Shown: positions 9,170-19,139 of the stretch, piece after piece | Layout: the number at the start of each line of letters is the position of its first letter | Position numbering within the stretch: the stretch's first letter is position 1 | Origin: an uncultured Gammaproteobacteria bacterium | GTDB lineage: Bacteria > Patescibacteriota > Patescibacteriia > UBA10025 > JAHIVO01 | DNA: 64,000 nt | Direction: 5' to 3' | Assembly (NCBI GenBank): GCA_964592105.1 | Contig: CAZQBL010000016.1 | Span: 2,560 to 66,559 of the forward strand | Made by a program: the position numbers and the translations under genes | The notes under the pieces: generated by a model | The model's input: only the letters and a program-made list of their open reading frames with translations | Told to the model about the DNA's origin: nothing | Databases searched by the model: none

Positions 9170-10051
9170 ATGAATCTCGTTTCTCGTCAGACAATCGAAA
9201 TGTTGTGTAGGAAATATAATTTTTGGCCGCGACGGGAGTCTGGCCAGAATTTTTTGATTTCAGAAAAAGTTCTATATTCAATCGTTGAGACGGCCCAGTT
9301 GAATTCGGCTGATACTGTTTTGGAGATAGGTGGCGGATTTGGAGCGTTGACCAGCGAACTCATCAGTAGGGCAGGTTCGGTGATAACAGTTGAGCTTGAT
9401 AAGCGCCTGTCTGCCGCTCTGAAGAAAATTGCCGGTGTTAGCCGCAACCTGAAAATAATAGAGGGTGATGTTTTCAAACAGTGGCCGGTAATCAGCCGCC
9501 AGTTGGTCAATAAAAAATACAAGTTAGTCGCAAACTTGCCGTATAATATCACTTCATTGGTGCTGCGGAATTTTTTAGAAAATAAACCCAAGCCAAGCAC
9601 CATGATCCTGTTGGTTCAGAAGGAGGTGGCCGAGCGGGTCACGGCCGACCCGGGAGAAATGAGTCTACTATCAGTGGCGGTGCAGTTTTTCGGCCGGCCG
9701 GAGATTATTTCCTTAGTTTCCAGGGAGAATTTTTGGCCTCAACCAGAAGTTGATTCAGCAATTTTGAAAATCAGCGAGATTGACGATGATGCGTTCGGCT
9801 ACCAAAAGATGCTTGGAGCAATTCCAGTGAAAAAGTTTTTCAGTGTGGTCAAAATCGGTTTTTCGGCCAAGCGGAAACAGCTGCACAATAACTTGTCAGC
9901 CGGTTTTCGGCGCGATAACACGGAAATAGAGAGAATATTGAGTCTGGCCAGGATCAAAAACAAAGCCCGGGCTCAGGATTTAAGCCTGGAAAATTGGATA
10001 GAGATCGCCATTCGGCTGGATAAAAAACATGATTTTTTCAGTTTGACATAA
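9170..10051 (+). CDS. rsmA: 16S rRNA m6,2A dimethyltransferase KsgA
   Basis: GQNFL, VLEIGGGFGALT, VELD, VANLPYNIT, QKEVAER, FWPQPEVDSA, KRKQLHNNL. Confidence 0.95.
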   Translation: MNLVSRQTIEMLCRKYNFWPRRESGQNFLISEKVLYSIVETAQLNSADTVLEIGGGFGALTSELISRAGSVITVELDKRLSAALKKIAGVSRNLKIIEGDVFKQWPVISRQLVNKKYKLVANLPYNITSLVLRNFLENKPKPSTMILLVQKEVAERVTADPGEMSLLSVAVQFFGRPEIISLVSRENFWPQPEVDSAILKISEIDDDAFGYQKMLGAIPVKKFFSVVKIGFSAKRKQLHNNLSAGFRRDNTEIERILSLARIKNKARAQDLSLENWIEIAIRLDKKHDFFSLT

Positions 10052-10071
10052 AGAGAATAATATGATATAAT
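10043..10071 (+). promoter_or_regulatory. Consensus sigma70 promoter heading the surface-protein/T4SS-like cluster
   Basis: TTGACA (10043-10048), 17 nt spacer, TATAAT (10066-10071) with extended -10 TG. Confidence 0.85.
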
Positions 10072-10083
10072 GGCATTATCAAA

Positions 10084-10974
10084 ATGTTCAATTTTTTTGG
10101 GGAAAATAAAAACAAAACAGCCGAAAAAAATTCAATCAATCAGCCAAATTTTCCACAAAACCAGCTGACGAAGAACAACGAGAATAGTTTAAAAAAAGGG
10201 GCTTTGGTTTTTTTGTTGATTATAGGCATAGGTTCGCTGATTTTCGGTATTTTTGAAATGCAGCGCCGGATTAAATTGGTTGAAGTTGAAATCAACACCA
10301 ATACCGCTGAACTTTCTCTTTTAAATAACGAAAATACCACGAATACTCGGTCATCGGCGGTACTTGAAGATCTTCGCGGAAAAGATACGGATAAGGACGG
10401 ACTTTCTGATTACGATGAACTTTATCAGTATCGCACCAGCCCATATATCACAGATTCGGACAGCGATGGCCTCGGGGATTACCTAGAAGTGTCCCAAGGA
10501 TCAGATCCAAATTGCCCTCAGGGTCAGGACTGCGGACGCTCAGTGAATTCCAATACCAACGCGCAAGCCAACACCAATGTATTCTTTGGGGATATCCAGC
10601 CAAATGTTGATTTGAATAATTTGACGGCCGATGAGATTCGCAATCTCCTGCGTAACAACGGCGCCTCTGAAGCGGATTTGAGTCAAATAGATGATGCCTC
10701 ACTGATGCAAACTTATCATGAGGTGCTGGCCGAGCATGGCGGTACGGCTTCAACGAACACCAATAGCACGGCCCTCAATATAAATTCTCTTTCAAATGGC
10801 GATCAGCAAACAGTGACTTACGAGCAGTTGAAGAACCTAACGCCCACGGAGATCAGACAATTGCTAATTGAAACGGGTGTGGCCGAGGAAACTCTTAGCT
10901 CGGTTGACGACACTACCTTGCGGTCTATTTATCTGGATGCTTTAGAGCAGCAGCTGCAGAACTCAACCCAATAA
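10084..10974 (+). CDS. Membrane-anchored protein with TSP3-like Ca-binding DxDxDG repeats and duplicated C-terminal helical repeat
   Basis: One TM; DTDKDGLSDYDE, DSDSDGLGDYLE; repeats NLTADEIRNLL..IDDASL and NLTPTEIRQLL..VDDTTL; NTN-rich linkers. Confidence 0.75.
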   Translation: MFNFFGENKNKTAEKNSINQPNFPQNQLTKNNENSLKKGALVFLLIIGIGSLIFGIFEMQRRIKLVEVEINTNTAELSLLNNENTTNTRSSAVLEDLRGKDTDKDGLSDYDELYQYRTSPYITDSDSDGLGDYLEVSQGSDPNCPQGQDCGRSVNSNTNAQANTNVFFGDIQPNVDLNNLTADEIRNLLRNNGASEADLSQIDDASLMQTYHEVLAEHGGTASTNTNSTALNINSLSNGDQQTVTYEQLKNLTPTEIRQLLIETGVAEETLSSVDDTTLRSIYLDALEQQLQNSTQ

Positions 10975-10986
10975 AATAAGTCAACA

Positions 10987-13900
10987 ATGTTTTCAAGGAA
11001 AAAAAAAGTTAAAAAAACCAGCTCGCGGATGACTTTGTTTTTGCTGGTTTTTTGCGGCTGGCTTATCACGGCTCCGCTGCTTTTTTATACCCATGATGCT
11101 TATGCTCAGTGGGCCACGACCGAGGTCGGTCCGCAATTGCATCTCTCTATTTGGCAGAAAATCTGGAACAGTTTACAAAAGTCCTTGAAAACCGCGGGCG
11201 ATGTGGCTTTCAAAAACATGCTGAAAAGGTATTTGGATAATCTGGCTTATAATATGGCTACCAAAATCGCCACTGGCCAGCCAGGGCAAAAACCGACCTA
11301 TCCCACCAAGCCTCTTAATTTTTTGAAAGACGCCGGTGACGCGGCGGCCGGTGATTTACTGAACATGTTGGTCAACGAAACCCTCCCCGGCAAGTGCGAG
11401 GGACATTCTTATCAAACCTGTTTAAAGGATTCGGATTGTCCGCCGGTAGTACTGGCTTGCCATCCGACTCATGCTGAGGTGGTTATGGGGCGGACTCTTA
11501 ATCCAGCAAAGAACCCCGAAACGAAAGAGGGATATAATTGGTTGTTGACACATAGGGTATGCACGATAGTCAAATGCACCGAGAGTAGTTGTGATCTTCC
11601 GCCCGAGGGTTATAACGTTTGGAGTACCGTCGGTATCTGTAATCCCGCCGGTATAAATTTGTGTACTACTGATGTGGCTTTGAAATTAAAATTGACCGGG
11701 TACGCCCGGCAGTATCTTGAAGGTACCAGTGGAAAAGTAACCAGCGTTTGTCCTTTATCGGATATAATCAAGAATTACAACGCCACTACCCATCAAAAAT
11801 TGGTAGATTTGCAAAAATATTTCAATCCCCAGGCCAATCAACTGGGCATGTTCGGTGAAATAATCAGCGAAGGACAGCTGTTTAAGGCCCAAGCCGTTGA
11901 CGCAAAAAAGTTTGCCCAGTCATTGGCCGGAGAATTTTTTCCGCAAACGACAAAAATTTCCGGTGTGGTGAAAACACCCGCGTCTCTGGTAAAAAGCGCG
12001 GCTGAAGATATTCTACCAGCTTCGCTTGATCCATACGTGACTTATACCGGCTCTGCCATTGCCGACGCGGTTGGCGTTTTTACCAATACCTTGGCTTCCA
12101 AGCTCATGGAGAAATATATTTTTGGCAAGGGCTTTAATCCCGGCGCGGTTAGCCCGTCTTCCGGCAGCTCCAGAGGGTTGGCCGGTTCTATACCCGGCAT
12201 AGCTGCCGCTAAGTTGCTTTTTTCATCAATAAGCGAAACCAACTATTCAGTCGGCGGCGAAGTGGATCTATTGGGCCAGCTGGCCAGCTGTCCGGACAAG
12301 AACGATCCCTTGCCGACTAACTGCGTTATTGATAATAATTTCAGGACAGCGATAGAGCAACAGCTGACTGTTAAGGAAGCCTTGGATCAGGGCCTGCTGG
12401 GTGGTAATAAAGTATTTGGTTACGATGCCAATGGACGAGAGCCGGATTACTTGAGTGGTTATCCTTATCGGAGTTTGCTGATTTTACGCAAATACCGAAT
12501 CATCCCGGTGGGTTGGGAACTGGCCGCCGAATATATTAAGAATTTTTCCGGAGGTAATTACAGTCTGAATACTTTAATACAAGAATACCATAATACCAGT
12601 TCTCCGTTTTATCATTTGATAGATCCTAACTGGGTGTTGAAAAGTCCGGCGGTTTTTTGTAAAAAACAGGGTGCCAGCGCAAAAATCGCGGCCACTTCCC
12701 AGGTGGTTACGGGGGATACCAATCACGACGGTAGCGTTGACAAGAAAGATATTGCCGTGACTACGGTTCAGCGCGAGGATTATTGCGCTGACGAGCAAAC
12801 CTGCGTAGCCGAAGCCGATGATGGAACTTGTTTGCGCTATGGTTATTGCATTGAGGAAAAACCGATCTGGAAATTCGAAGGCGAATCTTGCCTGGCGCAA
12901 TATAACACTTGCCAAACTTTCCAGCGGCGGAATGGGGTCAGTGTTTCTTATTTGAAAAATACCATAGATGTCAATGGTTGTGACTCGAGCAACGTTGGTT
13001 GCCAGAATTATTATACTGAATTCAACTATGATACCAAGCAATGGGACAATAATGGTGATCAGATTAACTTCAATAAAAATGTCGAATCATGTTTGGCTAG
13101 CGGCGAGGGCTGTCATGAGTTTATGTTGGTTAAAGACAGCGGCGTAAACTTGCAGGTCAATTCGGATTTTGAGTCATTCACCGGCACCAAAGACGATGGG
13201 GCCGACGATGATTTTCCTGGTTGGAACACACCGGGCCTTGCTGAAGCCGTTTCGGTTGACGGCATTTCCGGTCAGACTTCGGCTAAACTTCAGGCTGGCG
13301 ATACCTTGGTTTCTGAGCCGGTTGAGACAGGTTCTATTAATAATGACAGATCGTTTACTGTTTCTTTTTATGCTAAAGCCGATAGCGCCAGTTGCGGCGC
13401 CAACCCCGGTACTTTAACAGCGAGTTTAGGCAGGCCCGTTACCGCTTTTGGTAATGTTCTGACGCCAGTCGGCACTATAAATTTAACCGAGACCTGGACG
13501 CGATATTCAGGTACGGTGTACCTGCCCAAAGTTGCGGGCAATTTAGAAACTACTGTTTACGTTGTTTTCGAACGCAACGATTGCGTGGGTTATATTGACA
13601 ATGTTCAGGTGGAGGAAGGCGGACTCACTCCATATAAGACTTACGAAGATTCGCCCAAACTATACATTAAAAAATCCCCTGGTTATCTTGACTGCGCCCA
13701 CAATCTAACCCGACCGGAATGTGCGGCTTTTGCTCTGGCTTGTGTCGCAGACGAAGTTGGCTGTCAGGCCTTTACCTCGGTTTCAACCGGCGAGGTTGTC
13801 AATGGAACAATTTCCAATCCGCTCGGCTGTAATCCGCTGGATCCGTCTTCATGCAATCAGTGCCCGGCTCAATACGCGGGTTGCAAGGCCTACCGAGAAT

Positions 13901-16900
13901 TAGCTATTACGCATGTGCCACAGCGCGCTGAACGCGACCCGGTATCTTTTGTGGCCGCGACCGGTGTTTCCTGTCCGGCCTCGGCCGTGGGCTGCGAAGA
14001 GTATACCAATCTTGATGAAGTGGCCAGAGGCGGCGAAGGCACGGAGTATTATACCTTGATCAGGCAATGCGTTAATGAGGACGCGGCTGGCGTGGCTAAT
14101 TATTATTCATGGGAAGGTTCCGATGAGTTTGGTTATCAGCTGAAAAATTATAGATTAAAAACTACAAACGTTGGTGGCAGTAACGCGCCATGTACTAACA
14201 TGAACCCCGAGGGCGGTGTCGCACCGGCCTGGCCGAATTGCAACGATAGCAGCAACCCAGCTGATTCTAATTACTGGGCAATTTGTGCCGACCCGGCCGT
14301 AGATACCTGCAATTTAGCCACTCATCAGTGCAACATTACTAACGCCGCATGTAATACAAATCAGGATTGTATTGACAATCGTCTGGCGGCTAACCCCGAC
14401 TGCACTGAGTTTTACGATGAAAGCGGTAACATTTATTATCGCCTGAAATCACGCGTGATATATGCTTCCGATCAGTGCATAAATTATCGTAATTCAATAG
14501 ACGGCGCTTCTCTGGTATATCACATGATTCCCGGACAAGGCTTGTCCTGCAGCGCTGCTTACGCTGGTTGCCGTGCCTATAAAGGCAATACCGGTGATAA
14601 CGTGCGGACTATTTATCAAAATAATTTTGAAAACGGCACGGTAAATCCTTGGACCGGCAATGCTTACTACAGCAATGAGTCAGTCCAGCAGGGCGGACAT
14701 TCCATGCTGATTGCCAACGTCGCAAATTACGAAAATGTGGGCACCGAACTCGGCTTTGCGGCAGGTAATTCGTATTCGATTTCTTTCTGGGCCAAAGCCG
14801 GCGGTGTTGATACGAATATTAGCGTAGTTCTCAACACGGCCACGCCATTGACTTTCGCTGGGCAGGCCACGGCCAGAAGCGGAGAGTGGAATCGCTATGA
14901 GTTAGGTCCTTTATTCGTGCCAGAAAATGCGGATTTGACGGCGGCGCGTTTATCTATATTCTCTACCAACGCTTTCTATCTGGATTCAATAGTAATTAAG
15001 CAGGTTAGGGACAATGTTTATTTCATCAAGGATTCATATCAGGAATGCTCGGGTTGGGAAAATTGCGACGAATACGTGGATAGAAATAATTCCACTCACT
15101 ATTTGAAATCTTTTACCAAATTGTGCAGTCCCGATAAGGTCGGTTGTTCGGCTATGATTGACACCCAGAATTCAAGATCGCCGTTTGCGACTGTTTATCC
15201 TTTGAATTCTACGCTGCCGATCAACAATCTTACGGCGCCGGCCGATACAGTCACGACTCTGATTAATGACCCGATCAAATATTGTTCGGCTAATGATAAA
15301 GGTTGCCAACTTTTAGGCAAACCGAATTTGGACAATAATCTTAATATTGTTAATTTTACCGACACTTATGTACGCAATAACCCGGATGATTATGACAATA
15401 TCCTGTGTCTGAATGAGGAAATCGGTTGTGAAGAATATAAAGTTGAGGGTTCAAGCCCCATGTATTTCAAAGATCCAGGAGAAAGAGTTTGTGAATTTAA
15501 GCGCGTGACCGGCCAGGAAGTCAGCGGCTGGTATAAAAGAGGTACAGAGAGCGGGGCGCCGGACTGTCCAACTACCAGTGGGGTTTGTGTTGCCGGTCCC
15601 CGTGCCGGTAACTGGTGTGCTGTGGATTCTGACTGTGGCGTGGGCGGTGCCTGCAGTCCTATTCCTGAAAGACCAATAGAGGACGCCACTGGTCCCTGGG
15701 TAGGCGTGTGCCAGGCTGCGGCTTCGGGGTGCACGGAAATTAGGGATCCGGAAGATCCGCAATTCTGCGACGCGCGAATACCAGGTGATTGTAAATCGTA
15801 TTACTATATTTCCAATACCCTAGATAAGGGTTCGTGCAACGGTATTGTCAGTCGAGATGAGGGTTGCCGCCTCTTCAACGACACTTCATCAACAACACTG
15901 AATTACTCCGCCGATAATTCTCCTGATAAACGGCCGCCGGTTTTATGCAGTGATCCTGCAGGTCAGGCAATGGATTGTAATGCCAATACTATTATTAAGA
16001 TACGCCGTGACCGCGTCTGCGGCACCTGGCTGGAGTGCAGGAGCGCCTGGCCCGTAAAAAATAAACAAGGTAAAATCGAAAACCTTTGTCTGCAGTTATC
16101 CGCTTGCGACCAGTTTGATCCGGATTCGGGGCAGTGTACACACCCCGTACTCCAATCCCATGCTAATGAGACCTATAACTCACCAGTTTATGTTGATGAA
16201 ATTAAAAATTATTCTGGCTTGGTCACGGCGGGTTTGGAATGGGGTAGGCGATGCAAGAATAATCCCAACATTGTGTGTACGAACAACGCCCAGTGCAAAG
16301 TTTGCAGTAATGACGTAACTCGCCCCTGTGCCACCAGTGCCAATTGTCAGAACGGCGGTGTTTGTCCAGATGACGAACAGGCAGTCTGTCCGGCCACGCC
16401 GCAGATCATCCAAGGATATTATCCGTATAGCACCATGAATGAAGTTGGCAAGAGCGGCGCATCAAGTATAGATATGATCAGGAACGGGGATTTTGGTGAC
16501 AGCAATGCTGTGGCTAATAAAATAGTGAGTGATTATATCGCCTGCGGTGATGGGTCTTGTGGGAGTCAAATATTGGCAGAAGCGCCGATTCAAACATCTG
16601 AGTTTGGCGTTTGGAATAATCCTTTGCAGGGTGCCGGTGTGTCCATAGGCGAGGAAACCGCTGACGGATTTATTTCAGAGCAAGGTAGCGCCAATCTTGA
16701 TGAAAATAATGTGCTGATTGTCAGCCATCCTGAAACATACCCTGTGCCGGCTTGGTGGGGTGTTGCGGTTACTATTCCTGAGATTTCCTCAAGCCAGGAA
16801 TTTGCTTTGAGTTATAAAGTTAAAAGATCAGCCTTGCCCGCGGGTTCCGGTAATCGGATAGATGTCTTTTTGGCTTGGGATGCGGCTGAACAGCCTGTTC

Positions 16901-19131
16901 ATGACCGCGGACAAACCTGGATGCCTGTCAGCCAGTCTTATGATGTCGGCACAGAGTGGAAAGAGTTCATCGTAAAGATGAATATCTCCGAGCTGGTGGA
17001 TAACTGGATAGCCGGTGATCCCGGGAATCTTCGGCCGTCTGATAAATCGGCAATTATGTCTGAAATAAACGCAGCCAGTGATTTCAGTTTGAGATTCCAG
17101 TCGCGCACCGGCTCGGCCATTGATTTTTACCTTGATGATGTGTCCATGAAACCGGTCTTGGAAGTGCAGAACCCCCCGTCTCCCGCGACTTTGGTGCGGC
17201 GTACTTGCCGCATGTATCCGGAGTCGAATGCTTCATCCTGCACTTATACTGATGAAAATAATGTCACTCACCGTGGCTGGTACGGTTATTGTTTGGAAGC
17301 CGATCCGCACAACCCCAACTACTGCCTTAATTGGTGGCCGATAGACATATTGAGCGGTGAGACTAATATTTTTAACACTACCCAGGTCGGCTATCAGGGC
17401 CGTTCGCCATTGTATATGTGCGTCCAGGCAGAAGGGAATTATAATCAAGGAGGTTTTAACGGTGACGTGGAATGTCAGTCCAATAATAACTATTGCGGCG
17501 ATGATGTACCCATCGAACTTTGTGGTAAACAGCCCACTGGTTATTATAGAGTTTTTCATAGCCACATTGCCGGGGGAGACGTAAGCGAAGATGAGAGTTG
17601 TGCGGGAGAACATAGCTGTGGTCGTATGGAAGACTTGGCCGATTGTGACGATCAGACAATTTCAGGGATTTGTGGTTGTGACGAGACTCCTGTGGCGCCC
17701 GGCTGGCGCAATATTACCGATCCGGCTGATCAATATTATGAATGGCAGATTGATAAAATATATTGGACAGCGCAAGCGGTTTCGCACAGCGATTGGCGAC
17801 CAACCCGAGCCTATCCAGGACAATATGTACCAGGTGTTGGAGATGTTTACTTCATCACTGATCGCAGTAACAACTGGGGCAATGATCCCGGGAGTGGTCA
17901 CTGGGAATTTGCAGGTAATATTTTGGATATTCGCGTCGAATTTAATGCCCAACATCGACTTTCAAGAGTCTATGCTTATATGTTTGATGGTAGTGATAAT
18001 GAAGGCGGCGCCTGGGTTCAGGGAGTGATACAGTTGCGCGAATATTGCACGCAAATTGCCCAAGTAGTTCAATCCAATGGCGAGAACAAGGCCTGGACAG
18101 GCCGGACCACTCAATTAGCCGGCTATAAAGTTCCTGATTTGCTTTTCGGCTACACCCAGGATTATGTACCGTTTGGCGGTATTGTTCAGCCGGCTTCTTC
18201 CAGCGATCCTGAGAGCTGGTCAGCGGGCAGCGGGCTCGGACCCCTCTATATTCAAAAGACTTCGGCTTCAACCTCGCGGGGTGGAAGTCCATACAGTTGC
18301 GCTAATCCTAACGGGTGTCGTAACCGTACCTGTAGCACTGGTGAGAATGACTGTTCGGACAATAGTGATGTAATAGACTGTTATGATGGCCCCGACGATA
18401 ATATCAATTTGGCGGACGACAATGGGTATTGTATCGGTTTGGGTACCGGATTTTGTAGCGACATGAACACGGTTCTGTGTGATCAGGATTCTGATTGTGG
18501 TTCAAATGGACTATGTACTATTCCTAAATTTCCCAATAGCGGTGGCGCGGCCAATATCACCGATCCGCAGCAGGCTATCATGAGAATCAGGGAGTTATTT
18601 GCCGATGCTTACGATGCCTGGACCTGGAATCCAGCTACTGGTGAGTATGATAATACTCCTAATCTGATCACGTCAAATTGGCGGACAAGCTTTGCCGATA
18701 TGACAGTCTGCCCGGGTAATAATAGGACAGGTGCTTACCCCGCTGATTATTGCGGCGTTACGCCGGTTGCCAACAATTTCTCCGTTGGTTCAGGAAACCA
18801 GACACACATCACCGTGAACAAAGCCCAGTTGATCCAGCTTAACTTTAATATTAATGTTAATCCCGAGCAGCTGCCGATCCAGTCGGTGGAAGTAGCCTGG
18901 GATAATGATATTTTACACAATTCTCTAATCCAGGGCCCGTTCGGCAGCGGTCCGATGATGTTGGCGCATTTCTATGATGTGCCAGGTATTTATACCCCAC
19001 GCGTTCAAATAGTCGATAATTGGGGCTTCTGCAGTGATGATCCTCGGGGAGGAATGACCAGGGGTGATACTTGTACTCGTGATTTAAATCGTTGGCTTTC
19101 CTCGAATATTACTATTATGGTTAAAGATTAG
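10987..19131 (+). CDS. Giant (2714 aa) exported Cys-rich protein with CBM4/9-like domains and a C-terminal PKD-like domain
   Basis: Signal peptide ending AYA-Q; many GC..Y/F and CxxDxDC units; NSDFE..SFYAK..YIDNVQVE, NNFENG..SFWAK..YLDSIVI, NGDFG..YLDDVSM; HFYDVPGIYTPRVQIVDNWG. Confidence 0.8.
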   Translation: MFSRKKKVKKTSSRMTLFLLVFCGWLITAPLLFYTHDAYAQWATTEVGPQLHLSIWQKIWNSLQKSLKTAGDVAFKNMLKRYLDNLAYNMATKIATGQPGQKPTYPTKPLNFLKDAGDAAAGDLLNMLVNETLPGKCEGHSYQTCLKDSDCPPVVLACHPTHAEVVMGRTLNPAKNPETKEGYNWLLTHRVCTIVKCTESSCDLPPEGYNVWSTVGICNPAGINLCTTDVALKLKLTGYARQYLEGTSGKVTSVCPLSDIIKNYNATTHQKLVDLQKYFNPQANQLGMFGEIISEGQLFKAQAVDAKKFAQSLAGEFFPQTTKISGVVKTPASLVKSAAEDILPASLDPYVTYTGSAIADAVGVFTNTLASKLMEKYIFGKGFNPGAVSPSSGSSRGLAGSIPGIAAAKLLFSSISETNYSVGGEVDLLGQLASCPDKNDPLPTNCVIDNNFRTAIEQQLTVKEALDQGLLGGNKVFGYDANGREPDYLSGYPYRSLLILRKYRIIPVGWELAAEYIKNFSGGNYSLNTLIQEYHNTSSPFYHLIDPNWVLKSPAVFCKKQGASAKIAATSQVVTGDTNHDGSVDKKDIAVTTVQREDYCADEQTCVAEADDGTCLRYGYCIEEKPIWKFEGESCLAQYNTCQTFQRRNGVSVSYLKNTIDVNGCDSSNVGCQNYYTEFNYDTKQWDNNGDQINFNKNVESCLASGEGCHEFMLVKDSGVNLQVNSDFESFTGTKDDGADDDFPGWNTPGLAEAVSVDGISGQTSAKLQAGDTLVSEPVETGSINNDRSFTVSFYAKADSASCGANPGTLTASLGRPVTAFGNVLTPVGTINLTETWTRYSGTVYLPKVAGNLETTVYVVFERNDCVGYIDNVQVEEGGLTPYKTYEDSPKLYIKKSPGYLDCAHNLTRPECAAFALACVADEVGCQAFTSVSTGEVVNGTISNPLGCNPLDPSSCNQCPAQYAGCKAYRELAITHVPQRAERDPVSFVAATGVSCPASAVGCEEYTNLDEVARGGEGTEYYTLIRQCVNEDAAGVANYYSWEGSDEFGYQLKNYRLKTTNVGGSNAPCTNMNPEGGVAPAWPNCNDSSNPADSNYWAICADPAVDTCNLATHQCNITNAACNTNQDCIDNRLAANPDCTEFYDESGNIYYRLKSRVIYASDQCINYRNSIDGASLVYHMIPGQGLSCSAAYAGCRAYKGNTGDNVRTIYQNNFENGTVNPWTGNAYYSNESVQQGGHSMLIANVANYENVGTELGFAAGNSYSISFWAKAGGVDTNISVVLNTATPLTFAGQATARSGEWNRYELGPLFVPENADLTAARLSIFSTNAFYLDSIVIKQVRDNVYFIKDSYQECSGWENCDEYVDRNNSTHYLKSFTKLCSPDKVGCSAMIDTQNSRSPFATVYPLNSTLPINNLTAPADTVTTLINDPIKYCSANDKGCQLLGKPNLDNNLNIVNFTDTYVRNNPDDYDNILCLNEEIGCEEYKVEGSSPMYFKDPGERVCEFKRVTGQEVSGWYKRGTESGAPDCPTTSGVCVAGPRAGNWCAVDSDCGVGGACSPIPERPIEDATGPWVGVCQAAASGCTEIRDPEDPQFCDARIPGDCKSYYYISNTLDKGSCNGIVSRDEGCRLFNDTSSTTLNYSADNSPDKRPPVLCSDPAGQAMDCNANTIIKIRRDRVCGTWLECRSAWPVKNKQGKIENLCLQLSACDQFDPDSGQCTHPVLQSHANETYNSPVYVDEIKNYSGLVTAGLEWGRRCKNNPNIVCTNNAQCKVCSNDVTRPCATSANCQNGGVCPDDEQAVCPATPQIIQGYYPYSTMNEVGKSGASSIDMIRNGDFGDSNAVANKIVSDYIACGDGSCGSQILAEAPIQTSEFGVWNNPLQGAGVSIGEETADGFISEQGSANLDENNVLIVSHPETYPVPAWWGVAVTIPEISSSQEFALSYKVKRSALPAGSGNRIDVFLAWDAAEQPVHDRGQTWMPVSQSYDVGTEWKEFIVKMNISELVDNWIAGDPGNLRPSDKSAIMSEINAASDFSLRFQSRTGSAIDFYLDDVSMKPVLEVQNPPSPATLVRRTCRMYPESNASSCTYTDENNVTHRGWYGYCLEADPHNPNYCLNWWPIDILSGETNIFNTTQVGYQGRSPLYMCVQAEGNYNQGGFNGDVECQSNNNYCGDDVPIELCGKQPTGYYRVFHSHIAGGDVSEDESCAGEHSCGRMEDLADCDDQTISGICGCDETPVAPGWRNITDPADQYYEWQIDKIYWTAQAVSHSDWRPTRAYPGQYVPGVGDVYFITDRSNNWGNDPGSGHWEFAGNILDIRVEFNAQHRLSRVYAYMFDGSDNEGGAWVQGVIQLREYCTQIAQVVQSNGENKAWTGRTTQLAGYKVPDLLFGYTQDYVPFGGIVQPASSSDPESWSAGSGLGPLYIQKTSASTSRGGSPYSCANPNGCRNRTCSTGENDCSDNSDVIDCYDGPDDNINLADDNGYCIGLGTGFCSDMNTVLCDQDSDCGSNGLCTIPKFPNSGGAANITDPQQAIMRIRELFADAYDAWTWNPATGEYDNTPNLITSNWRTSFADMTVCPGNNRTGAYPADYCGVTPVANNFSVGSGNQTHITVNKAQLIQLNFNINVNPEQLPIQSVEVAWDNDILHNSLIQGPFGSGPMMLAHFYDVPGIYTPRVQIVDNWGFCSDDPRGGMTRGDTCTRDLNRWLSSNITIMVKD

Positions 19132-19139
19132 CCAAAACA